This document shows positions 38,755-47,190 of a stretch of DNA of 64,000 nt, one piece after another (positions within the stretch are counted from its first letter, which is position 1; each line of letters opens with the position of its first letter). The stretch spans positions 1,888,001 through 1,952,000 of the forward strand of contig CAXXMB010000002.1 in the NCBI GenBank assembly GCA_963668675.2. Reading direction: 5' to 3'. The notes under the pieces were generated by a model. The model was not told where the DNA came from and searched no databases. It saw only the letters and a program-made list of their open reading frames with translations. This stretch comes from an uncultured Desulfatitalea sp. (GTDB lineage: Bacteria; Desulfobacterota; Desulfobacteria; Desulfobacterales; Desulfosarcinaceae). Made by a program: the position numbers and the translations under genes.

Positions 38755-39560
38755 AAAAATACAAGGCATCTCTAAGTAGTAATACTTCCCATGGCACCCG
38801 AGAATGGTCTGTCAAGACAATCAACTGCTGCACGGGTTGTTCTCACGATTGCGTGTATTGCTATGCCAAGGAGATGGGCGCCCGCTTCGGGTGGACCACA
38901 GAAAAGACCTGGCCACTGGAGCAAGTAAGGCAAAAAGACGTCTATAGGGTTTACGAGAAATACGATGGACAGGTCATGTTTCCCTCATCTCACGACATCA
39001 CACCGGCCAATCTCAATGCTTGCGAAATTGTTCTTGGCCGTCTTTTGGATGCCGGAAATAAAGTGCTGGTAGTATCGAAACCCCATCTCACATGCATCGA
39101 GTCACTTTGCACACTATTTCAATGGTATCGCGAAAATATCATATTCCGGTTTTCTATTGGCGCCCTCGATAATCGCATTCTTTCATTTTGGGAGCCGAAT
39201 GCCCCAAGCTATGATGAGCGCAAGCAGTGTTTGATCCACGCCTGCCAGGCCGGATTTCAAACATCGGTAAGTGTCGAGCCCATGCTCGATTCTGCCAATA
39301 TAGACGCGCTTGTAAGCGATTTGTCTCCCTATGTGACCCATTCGATATGGATCGGTACGATGAACCACCTGGGGCGTTTAGAGAAGCATGCAGACGCTGA
39401 TTTGAAAAGGGCAGTTGAACGGATTCGCAGGGGACAGAGCGATACGATCATCAAGTCTATTTACGATCGTCACAAGAATAATAAGATGATCAGATGGAAG
39501 AAGGAAATTAAAAAAATCGTCGGTATTCCATTTCCAAAGCAAAACGGGCTGGATATTTAA
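38748..39560 (+). CDS. Radical SAM-like Fe-S protein (DUF5131/Gp37-68 or SPL-like)
   Basis: NCCTGCSHDCVYCYAK (CxxxCxxC), WEPNAPSYDER, SVSVEPML. Confidence 0.75.
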   Translation: MVKKYKASLSSNTSHGTREWSVKTINCCTGCSHDCVYCYAKEMGARFGWTTEKTWPLEQVRQKDVYRVYEKYDGQVMFPSSHDITPANLNACEIVLGRLLDAGNKVLVVSKPHLTCIESLCTLFQWYRENIIFRFSIGALDNRILSFWEPNAPSYDERKQCLIHACQAGFQTSVSVEPMLDSANIDALVSDLSPYVTHSIWIGTMNHLGRLEKHADADLKRAVERIRRGQSDTIIKSIYDRHKNNKMIRWKKEIKKIVGIPFPKQNGLDI

Positions 39561-39735
39561 TAGGGCGGCCGCCGATATCCAGAAATATACAAGGGGTGAT
39601 CTCCATTAGGGGATTGCCCCATTCTTTTTTGTGCAGACGAGTTAGTAACTGAATACTTCATGCTTCATTCGCAGTAACAAAACAATACAAAGGCAATTAT
39701 CATTGCCACATATTTCATTTATAGGAGGAAACATC

Positions 39736-39903
39736 ATGAGAACGAGTCAATTTTCAAAATCATTAAGCGTGGCGCTGCCACAGGAACACTTCGATCTGAT
39801 TAAAAGGATTACTGACGAAGAACAGATCAGCATGGCTGAGTGGGTCAGAAAAGCTGTATCAGCGGCGCTGAACGATATTAAATGGAAGGAGGATACAATG
39901 TAA
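39736..39903 (+). CDS. Ribbon-helix-helix (CopG-like) DNA-binding protein
   Basis: MRTSQFSKSLSVALPQEHFDLIKRITDEEQISMAEWVRKAV; AGGAGG RBS; TAATG-coupled to the primase gene. Confidence 0.75.
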   Translation: MRTSQFSKSLSVALPQEHFDLIKRITDEEQISMAEWVRKAVSAALNDIKWKEDTM

Positions 39904-41711
39904 TGGCTACCAAAGAAATCGCACTGCAATACCTGGGCAAAGGACTTTCAGTAATACCGCTTATCAGTCCATCGATGGCATCAAAAAACTTATCAGAGGA
40001 GGAATTTATTCGGAAATGCAAAACCCCATTGGTCGGATGGAAAGAATACCAAAAGCGCCTTCCAACAGAAGAGGAGGTTTCTGCATGGTTTGGAAAATGG
40101 CCTGATGCCAATATAGGGATTATCACCGGCAAGGTATCGGGAATCGTCGTTTTCGATCTGGATTCGGATCATGCTGTTGAATATGCCGAAAATGAAGGTG
40201 GGTTTCCAGAGACGGCCAAAGTCAAAACGGGAAAGGGATACCATGTCTATGCAAAACATCCCGGCTTTGAAATCCGAAACGATGTGAAAAAGGAGCTCGA
40301 CCTGGATATTCGTGCGGACGGTGGCTATGTGGTCGCCCCGCCATCTTTCCACGGATCCGGCCGGCAGTATGAATGGGAAGAAGGATATTCAATATTCGAA
40401 ATCGATCCTGCCGAATGTGAGCAATGGATGATCGACTATTTGAAGGAAGTGAACAGTAGCTCCGCAAAGCCTGTGAAGGAAACGACACCCAAACCTTCTG
40501 ACAACCCAAATACGGCAAGTAAGGCAACCACCGACAATCAATATGCGGATATCTTGAAAAACGGTGCTCAACAGGGGCAGAGAAATCATACAGCCACCAG
40601 ACTCATAGGTCACCTGCTTGGTAAAGGCAACGATCTGGAGATGGTCTGGGAAATGGTCAGACAATGGAACATCGCTAAGAACATCCCTCCGGTCGATGAA
40701 ACCGAGCTTTTCAAGACTTTTGAATCGATCAGTAAATTAAACGATAAGAACGGTAAAAGTGACAACAAAAAGAAAGAGATCGATGTCACCGCGTTTCTCG
40801 ATACGGAAAGCAGGATCACCGCGGAATATAACCAGGATTATGTCAAGGTCTCCTTTGCGGGTAAATTGCTTTCAGTGATGGAATCGAAAATGAACGGCGG
40901 ATTGATTGGAGGAAGAATCTATGTGATCGGGGGGATCCCGTCATCGTGCAAGACCGGGCTGATTAACAATATGGCGGACAATATCTGCTTGAATGGTCAT
41001 CCTGTTTTGTTTTTCAGCTATGACGATGGTGCTGCCGAGCTTCGATATAGAACGTATTCGAGATTTTCGGGATTTGAGATCGAAGACTTTAACAATAACA
41101 GGGTCTCCGATTTCGATTTGAAAGCGATATTTCGTAACGACTCTATCTCGGTCATCAGTAAATCGAAATACGTGGTCCAGAATTCGATCAAACTCGATGA
41201 TTGGGCCCAGCTGGTCGACAAGATATCTGCCCGCCACAACAAGGCCCCGGTTATCATGGTCGATTATCTGCGCAAGGTCAAAACTGGTAGCAATCGTTTG
41301 GACGAGCGTCTGCGTGTGGATGAAATCCTGGGCTCTTTAACCGAATTAGCAAAAACGTACAACCTGCCTGTGTTGGTCATCTCGGAGCTATCCCGGGAAT
41401 CATATAAATCCGGTCAGCGCTTAGGAATGACGTCATTTAAAGAGTCAGGAAACATCGAGTATGAGGCATCGTGGTTGGGTATTCTGGCCGCCGTAGAAGA
41501 TGACGGATACACCCTCAAAAGCGACTGGGAACGCATCATCAACCATGACGGCAATATCGATCTCATCGTGTTCAAAGCCAAGCGAGGCACAGGGATGACT
41601 GGAAGGATCCCACTTAAGCTGGACAAATCAAAGATGACCTTAAGGGACCGGATTGAAACGGCCAAAGCAGATACGGTCACGCCGATAACAAAGAAATCAA
41701 AATACGCATAA
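39903..41711 (+). CDS. Bifunctional primase/polymerase + PriCT + DnaB-like helicase fusion
   Basis: GLSVIPL, KTPLVGWKEYQ, NIGIITGKVSGIVVFDLD, GKGYHVY, DIRADGGYVVAPPS, GQRNHTA; helicase motifs GGIPSSCKT, VDYL, ISELSR, KESGNIEY. Confidence 0.9.
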   Translation: MATKEIALQYLGKGLSVIPLISPSMASKNLSEEEFIRKCKTPLVGWKEYQKRLPTEEEVSAWFGKWPDANIGIITGKVSGIVVFDLDSDHAVEYAENEGGFPETAKVKTGKGYHVYAKHPGFEIRNDVKKELDLDIRADGGYVVAPPSFHGSGRQYEWEEGYSIFEIDPAECEQWMIDYLKEVNSSSAKPVKETTPKPSDNPNTASKATTDNQYADILKNGAQQGQRNHTATRLIGHLLGKGNDLEMVWEMVRQWNIAKNIPPVDETELFKTFESISKLNDKNGKSDNKKKEIDVTAFLDTESRITAEYNQDYVKVSFAGKLLSVMESKMNGGLIGGRIYVIGGIPSSCKTGLINNMADNICLNGHPVLFFSYDDGAAELRYRTYSRFSGFEIEDFNNNRVSDFDLKAIFRNDSISVISKSKYVVQNSIKLDDWAQLVDKISARHNKAPVIMVDYLRKVKTGSNRLDERLRVDEILGSLTELAKTYNLPVLVISELSRESYKSGQRLGMTSFKESGNIEYEASWLGILAAVEDDGYTLKSDWERIINHDGNIDLIVFKAKRGTGMTGRIPLKLDKSKMTLRDRIETAKADTVTPITKKSKYA

Positions 41712-41724
41712 GGGGGATCTATGA

Positions 41725-42876
41725 ATGAGCACAGACCAAGCGCAAGCAACGATACGTAAGCTACAGCAATATTATGATTCGATCCCCTCGCCGAAATACC
41801 GAAACGCCGATTTAAATACACTGATAGAAAATTTTGAACAGCTGCAAGGTCTGAAAGATTATCTGGGGCATGACAAAGCATACACCATATTGGCCAATGC
41901 CATGTCTCAGGTCATTGCCAAGTTATCGAGATCGGCCAACCTTGAAAACGTATCAAAAGAGAATCTCTGGTCGAATCGATCTGAACGGGGCACCAACAAA
42001 GTCATTCCACCCATATTAAAGGGAAAGGTAAAAGCCTGGCCCGTTGAATGGAGGGACAAATGGGGAAACACCTGCAGCATCAGCAAAGGGTATTGGAATA
42101 CAAAGAATCAAATGGTGATGGATGTTATCGGATATATGTTTTTATTAAAGGAAGGGGGCGATTGCTTGCCTGTCAATTCTGAACCGCTTTTCAATGACCT
42201 GTTTGAGATAGAGCAACTTGAAAACCAGCTAAACGGAGGATCCGCCAATATGATCCCTTCAACCACGAAACGACATTATGTCCGGTTTACAGATCATGAT
42301 TTCAAAAAATTCACTGGTATGGACTCTAATTCTACGGAGATCAAAACCTTGTTGTTGGAAACATCCAGGGTGGAGTTTAAACTTACGTTCCCGGTTCGAT
42401 TGAAATCCACGGGCGCCAAAGAAAACACACATCGGATGAACTATTATAGCCGGTTTTTCGAGTTTGCCCATGAGGATATATCAGTTAAAAGAAATGATGT
42501 CGTCTTGTCCAGGCGTTACACAATCGTATTTAATACGCTTCTGGGAGAGATGTTCGTCAACAACCTGCTGGCCAAATACAATGATCCAATCGATATCCGA
42601 TTTTATCAGCTAACCGACTCGGCGCAATATTTCTATCGAAGAGCGTTGGTCCATAACAGCTTTAAAAAGATCGAATTCAACCTGGCCACAATCGCTGATT
42701 ACGCAGGACTGACTGACAGCAACTTGTGGAACCTTGTGAACACAGTAGAAACCAACATACTGCAGCCACTTGTCGACTATGGATATATCTATTCATTCGA
42801 TAAGATTGGTGATGATCCCAAGTTTCGGAAATATATGATTAGAAGATCTGCACCTGATAGCAAAGACAAATCATAG
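41725..42876 (+). CDS. Putative replication initiator (Rep/TrfA-like tandem winged helix)
   Basis: Follows the primase-helicase and is immediately followed by iterons. Segments such as VRFTDHDFKKFTG and FYQLTDSAQYFY are compatible with a Rep fold (inferred). Confidence 0.55.
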   Translation: MSTDQAQATIRKLQQYYDSIPSPKYRNADLNTLIENFEQLQGLKDYLGHDKAYTILANAMSQVIAKLSRSANLENVSKENLWSNRSERGTNKVIPPILKGKVKAWPVEWRDKWGNTCSISKGYWNTKNQMVMDVIGYMFLLKEGGDCLPVNSEPLFNDLFEIEQLENQLNGGSANMIPSTTKRHYVRFTDHDFKKFTGMDSNSTEIKTLLLETSRVEFKLTFPVRLKSTGAKENTHRMNYYSRFFEFAHEDISVKRNDVVLSRRYTIVFNTLLGEMFVNNLLAKYNDPIDIRFYQLTDSAQYFYRRALVHNSFKKIEFNLATIADYAGLTDSNLWNLVNTVETNILQPLVDYGYIYSFDKIGDDPKFRKYMIRRSAPDSKDKS

Positions 42877-42885
42877 GGACATGGT

Positions 42886-42941
42886 AGGGTCGGTAAAGAA
42901 TGTAGCAGGGTCGGTAAAGAATGTGGCAGGGTCGGTAAAGA
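42886..42941 (+). repeat. Iteron array, 3 copies with 21-bp period (putative replication origin)
   Basis: agggtcggtaaaga(atgtrgc) at 42886, 42907 and 42928, followed by an AT-rich tract containing tgatatatta x2. Confidence 0.85.
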
Positions 42942-43476
42942 GTCGAAACTGGTAATTATTTGAATTAGTATGATTTTTTAAAATTCAGTGAGATCGCATG
43001 ATATATTATGATATATTAAGGACGTCAAAGCATCCCTGTCGGGATACTTTGCCTGAGAAGACCATTTATTTTTTTGTTTTTTAGGAAGTAGGGTCAGGAT
43101 GAGAATAATAGCAAGTGCAAGTGTAGTCGAATATCATGATTGCTAATCATCTTCGGATGAGATGAGGAGATAGTCTGAAAGCAAAAAGCAGGTATCTTTA
43201 AAAAAAATAAAAAAATGGTTATCGGAGTCCCCATCATGGTGGTTGCTTTTTTTGAGTCTATTTACCAAATATTACATTTTTTTGACAGAACTAAAGTGGA
43301 TGAGATATTCTCAGTATGGTTATTGATAGCTTAACTTTGGGATATGTTATCAAAAGTCAAAGGTCTTTGAATTTTTTATGTAGGAATAGAGCAGGTAAAA
43401 CATATCCAGACACATTTGTTATTCAATCGTAATTTGTTGGCTCAGGATTTATATCTTAAGAATGTGAGGGAATTCT

Positions 43477-44238
43477 ATGAGCATTTACATAGGTTGGTAC
43501 GGAAATCGTAGTAAATTAATCGCATCGACCTTGGCCAATTGGTTAACAACGATTATCAAGGATCTGAAAATATGGGTTTCAGAATCTGATATCGAAAAAA
43601 AGCCTGATCAATTAAATAAGTTGTCTGCAAAGCTCAAAAAATCCGATTTTGTTCTTTTTTGCATTACACCTGAAAATGTCGACGAACCTTGGCTTTTGTT
43701 TGAAGCCGGCGCACTTTCAAGAGTATTATCTGCTCCCCAGCTTATGTTAATCCTTTATGATATTGAATCATCGACTCTTAAGTCTCCTCTCTCACAATTT
43801 CAGGCAATACAATTGCAGGAAAAAAAGAAAACGTATGATTTGTTTGAACGGATTATTTTGGATGATAGTAATACTTCTCATTCAACTGCAAAATTGGATG
43901 ATTTGTTTGAAGAATATTGGCCAATTATTGAGCAATCTTTCAGGGAATTTCCTATTCGTTGGTTCATGACCACCATTTGCGGTGATCAAAACAACCTTAA
44001 GGTAACATCAGAGTTACTAAATATTATAGGCAAAACTTTGGCAACCCTGCCTCAAAGAGAAGAAACGGTAATTCGAAGGTATTTCGGAATCGGCGAAAAC
44101 CATGCCCAAATAATTTATGAGATGGATTTATCTGATGAACAAATGAGACAAATCTTAGCAAAGGCACTACGAAAGCTTCATCATCCGACCCGATCAAGAA
44201 AACTTCAAAGCTTTCTTAATGATAACGTAAAAGATTAG
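43477..44238 (+). CDS. TIR domain fused to an RpoD (sigma70) region 4-like domain
   Basis: TIR: IYIGWYG.RSK.IA..L..WL, WVSESDIEK, FCITPENVDEPWLLFEAGAL. C-terminus: LATLPQREETVIRRYFGIGE...RQILAKALRKLHHPTRSRKLQSFL. Confidence 0.85.
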   Translation: MSIYIGWYGNRSKLIASTLANWLTTIIKDLKIWVSESDIEKKPDQLNKLSAKLKKSDFVLFCITPENVDEPWLLFEAGALSRVLSAPQLMLILYDIESSTLKSPLSQFQAIQLQEKKKTYDLFERIILDDSNTSHSTAKLDDLFEEYWPIIEQSFREFPIRWFMTTICGDQNNLKVTSELLNIIGKTLATLPQREETVIRRYFGIGENHAQIIYEMDLSDEQMRQILAKALRKLHHPTRSRKLQSFLNDNVKD

Positions 44239-44284
44239 CTACCACATTTTTCAATGTGCCAACATGTCAGAGAATTAGGGGGCT

Positions 44285-45403
44285 ATGCAGATGAATTTGG
44301 TAAAACATGTTGAGGAAATCCGTATAGGAATCAGGAGTGGCTGCTTTATAAATGAGGCTTCAGTTTCACAGGGAATTGTTTTGCGTTTGTTAAATGCCCT
44401 TGCTTGGCCGACATATGACACTCAGATTGTGTGCCCTGAATATTCTTTACAAGGCAGGCGAGTCGATTTTGCCCTATGTCATCCTCCTGGGAAACCCATT
44501 GCTTTCGTTGAGGTCAAGCAAATTGGCCAGAGCGAAGGTGCTGAAAGGCAATTGTTCGAGTATGCATTTCACGTTGGTGTACCGCTTGCTATACTCACAG
44601 ATGGTCAAGAATGGAATTTTTTTCTTCCAGGAGAGCAAGGTGATTATGGAGAGAGAAGAGTATATAAGCTCGACATTGTTGAACGGGATGTTTCTGAGTG
44701 CGTTGCTCGATTGGAAAGATATCTTCGATATGATGCAATCGTATCTGGTACCGCAATTGAATCGGCAAGAAAAGACTACCGAAACATTTCTCGTGATAGA
44801 CAAATGAAAGCAACTTTACCAAAGGCTTGGACAAAATTGATAGAGGGAGAGGATGAACTTTTGCTTGAATTATTAGCCGATAAGGTTGAGAGCCTTTGTG
44901 GATATAAACCTGATCCTGATACGGTAGCAAACTTCTTGAAGGAAAAGATTGCAGGTAAAGCCACTGTTTCACTGAAACCTAAAACGTTAAAAAGCGATAA
45001 CAGGTCTTTGAGGGCAGCTTCATCTGAACCATTAAAGCGTGTGGTAAATGAAGGCCCTAAAACAATTGGTTTCTTTATTGGAGGAAAGCATTATCCTGCA
45101 AGGAATGGACGTCAGATTCTCGAAGCCGTATTTGAGGAATTGGCAAGGCGAGATGAAACTATTCTTGAACGGTTTGCCGCATTGCCAAAACATGGGCGTA
45201 CTCGACGCTACCTTGCGAGAAATCCTGAAGATCTCTATCCTAACCGTCCAGACTTGGCACGTGATCACTCGATACAACTGACTTCAGGTTGGTGGATTAG
45301 TACCAACCACAGCAGAGCAACCATTGGCAGAATTATCGAAATGATCTGTAATGTTGCTTCGCTTGAGTACGGAAAAGATATCGTGGTAAACTTTGGCGAA
45401 TAA
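44285..45403 (+). CDS. HsdR-N-like PD-(D/E)xK endonuclease with a C-terminal SeqA-like domain
   Basis: NEASV...LLNALAW, VCPEY, RVDFAL, FVEVK, QLFEYAF, ILTDGQEWNFF. C-terminus HGRTRRYLARNPEDLY...WWISTNHS. Confidence 0.8.
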   Translation: MQMNLVKHVEEIRIGIRSGCFINEASVSQGIVLRLLNALAWPTYDTQIVCPEYSLQGRRVDFALCHPPGKPIAFVEVKQIGQSEGAERQLFEYAFHVGVPLAILTDGQEWNFFLPGEQGDYGERRVYKLDIVERDVSECVARLERYLRYDAIVSGTAIESARKDYRNISRDRQMKATLPKAWTKLIEGEDELLLELLADKVESLCGYKPDPDTVANFLKEKIAGKATVSLKPKTLKSDNRSLRAASSEPLKRVVNEGPKTIGFFIGGKHYPARNGRQILEAVFEELARRDETILERFAALPKHGRTRRYLARNPEDLYPNRPDLARDHSIQLTSGWWISTNHSRATIGRIIEMICNVASLEYGKDIVVNFGE

Positions 45404-45587
45404 AATAGTATTCAATTATAACTTGATTTTAATACCGATCAGTACTCGTCTATATGAATAGCTAAAAGCCTCATCCACACCCAACACCCCCCTTCACACC
45501 ATCAGCCCCATAGCGCCCTCCGATCATCTCCCTCAATCAGAACAAATAACAAATCAAATCCAATTCATATTCGGGAGGGAAGAATAA

Positions 45588-45749
45588 ATGCGAAAAAGGC
45601 GATACTCAAAAAACATCGGAGTGATGCTGAATGAACCACTCTACCAGATGCTCGTACAGGTGACCGATGAAAAAGAAGTGACCATTTCAAAATTCGTAAG
45701 ACAGCTTATCGAGGAAAAACTGGAACAAAAAGGAGAAGAGATATCATGA
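45588..45749 (+). CDS. Small RHH-like protein (53 aa, below the ORF-track cutoff), paralog of 39736-39903
   Basis: MRKRRYSKNIGVMLNEPLYQMLVQVTDEKEVTISKFVRQLIEEKL; GGGAGG RBS; ATGA overlap with the next ORF. Confidence 0.75.
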   Translation: MRKRRYSKNIGVMLNEPLYQMLVQVTDEKEVTISKFVRQLIEEKLEQKGEEIS

Positions 45750-45952
45750 CACTAAAATACTGTCCCTATTGCAGGAAAATCGGGAACGTTCGCGTGATGG
45801 CACATTACGATCAAGTGCCATGGAAAGGCATCATGGTTAAGCGAAGAAAGGTGATTCATATGATCGAGGAAGGCGGCTGTGGTCTCACGTGGTATACGGG
45901 TGAATTGCCCTTTGAAATGCTGAAGGATGACAAGGTGAATGACACAGGATAG
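45746..45952 (+). CDS. Small zinc-ribbon hypothetical protein
   Basis: CPYC...H.....GC..TWYTGE; AAGGAG RBS. Confidence 0.65.
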   Translation: MTLKYCPYCRKIGNVRVMAHYDQVPWKGIMVKRRKVIHMIEEGGCGLTWYTGELPFEMLKDDKVNDTG

Positions 45953-45995
45953 ATGCGATGATCAGAATAGCGAGGGATAATAGGTTCGTCGAATT

Positions 45996-46316
45996 GTGAA
46001 AAGGTGCGCCAGGGGAGTTGGTATTCATGTCGATCTTGGTCCAAACGGGGTGTTGGTCTTGATATGGAGCCGCTTCCCTGACCGCATCGAGTATTGTTTT
46101 GGAAGGCGGGAATTTGTGAATACGCAGCTTACTGCGTTTTTAACTGCGAGGTTACGCTCGTTTGGTCGGCCGGTGAGCTCAGAAGCGCTCAGCATAAAAA
46201 AAAACAATTGCGTTTGGATCCGATGTCTGCAGTTTAGGGGCGCGCAACTGATAGAGCTGGATTTTCACACTGAAAACGAAAAGCGATTTCACTCAGCGCC
46301 GGCAAATTTTCAATAG
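45996..46316 (+). CDS. Hypothetical protein (start uncertain, possibly frameshifted)
   Basis: ORF fills the gap in a co-oriented gene string; no recognised motif. Confidence 0.4.
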   Translation: MKRCARGVGIHVDLGPNGVLVLIWSRFPDRIEYCFGRREFVNTQLTAFLTARLRSFGRPVSSEALSIKKNNCVWIRCLQFRGAQLIELDFHTENEKRFHSAPANFQ

Positions 46317-46330
46317 GGAGGACCTACTAT

Positions 46331-46654
46331 ATGAGAAACGCATTCACACTACCCAGCAAGACATACATTGAGCTGGACCAGCCGGAAACTTACAAGCGAT
46401 TCATGCAGGGATATTTCCAGCTGCTCCGAGAAAATTTCCAATCATATAAGGTGATGGACCAAAATGGCGTTCTGAAAGAGATCCGATACTCATGCGGTCA
46501 GGAACATACTTCTCGAAATCCAAACTGGAGGCCATTTCAGTATCTGGAACAGCATTGTCGGAAATGGGGATTCGACGACATGGAGGCGCAGGATGTTATA
46601 GAGGAGAGGATTGGCCGGCGGTTGACCTGTGAGTGCGAGTTGTTGGGTGGATAG
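46331..46654 (+). CDS. Hypothetical protein
   Basis: GGGAGG RBS; a degraded paralogous fragment exists at 51216-51308. Confidence 0.75.
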   Translation: MRNAFTLPSKTYIELDQPETYKRFMQGYFQLLRENFQSYKVMDQNGVLKEIRYSCGQEHTSRNPNWRPFQYLEQHCRKWGFDDMEAQDVIEERIGRRLTCECELLGG

Positions 46655-46683
46655 TTGGTGGGGGGTGAAGCTCCTGCCGTTCT

Positions 46684-46752
46684 CTATGCAATTTGGCAAA
46701 GCCTGTCATCTGGTCCAGTGCCAGTAGTTTCGGTATCAAGGAAGATGAACAT
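46684..46752 (-). pseudogene. N-terminal remnant of a DEDDh 3'-5' exonuclease
   Basis: MFIFLDTETTGTGPDDRLCQIA* contains the Exo I motif (DTETTG); TATAAT lies 6 nt upstream of the ATG. Confidence 0.65.
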
Positions 46753-46824
46753 TGCAGGATTATATCAATCGCTTTGAGTAAGTCGAGAACCAGTTAGAAT
46801 TGGAATTCAAACTTGGATATTGTG

Positions 46825-47190
46825 TTAGTCCCAACATAAACCATCCGGCACAAAACGAAGTGTCATCTGTTGGCACCAAGGGCACCAATAGTAGCCATCA
46901 GTTAACTTCAATTCTCCTTCGGGTAATTTTTCAAACCGCCAACTCGCCACAACATTATTCCCCGGCGTTCCACACAAGGCTGGGTCGCTATATGGAATCA
47001 TTTTCTGAGATTTGCATTCCGGACATTCCTGAATCGGGGCAAGAAGGTTGCCCACCACCACAAAATTACAATGCTCACAAAGGCATGGAAAATAACATGT
47101 CGTCATAAAATTTCTCATGCCACCTCCGATAGAAATGGATTTATCAAGTCCACATTGGCATTTTGCTCTAACTTGTGATCCCATCTTCAC
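46825..47190 (-). CDS. Cysteine-rich (zinc-ribbon) hypothetical protein
   Basis: CQCG, CEHC, CPEC, CPWC motifs; GAGGTG RBS. Confidence 0.75.
   Translation of the reverse strand: MKMGSQVRAKCQCGLDKSISIGGGMRNFMTTCYFPCLCEHCNFVVVGNLLAPIQECPECKSQKMIPYSDPALCGTPGNNVVASWRFEKLPEGELKLTDGYYWCPWCQQMTLRFVPDGLCWD

Noticed and set aside
42886..42941. CRISPR array
   Set aside because: 21-bp tandem period with near-identical intervening bases, no unique spacers and no cas genes; fits iterons.
43477..44238. Genuine sigma factor, or Thoeris/CBASS/Pycsar component
   Set aside because: No sigma region 2 and an altered recognition helix; no ThsA, CD-NTase or PycC gene adjacent.
44285..45403. Type I restriction-modification HsdR
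   Set aside because: Only the nuclease domain is present; no helicase motor and no hsdM/hsdS.
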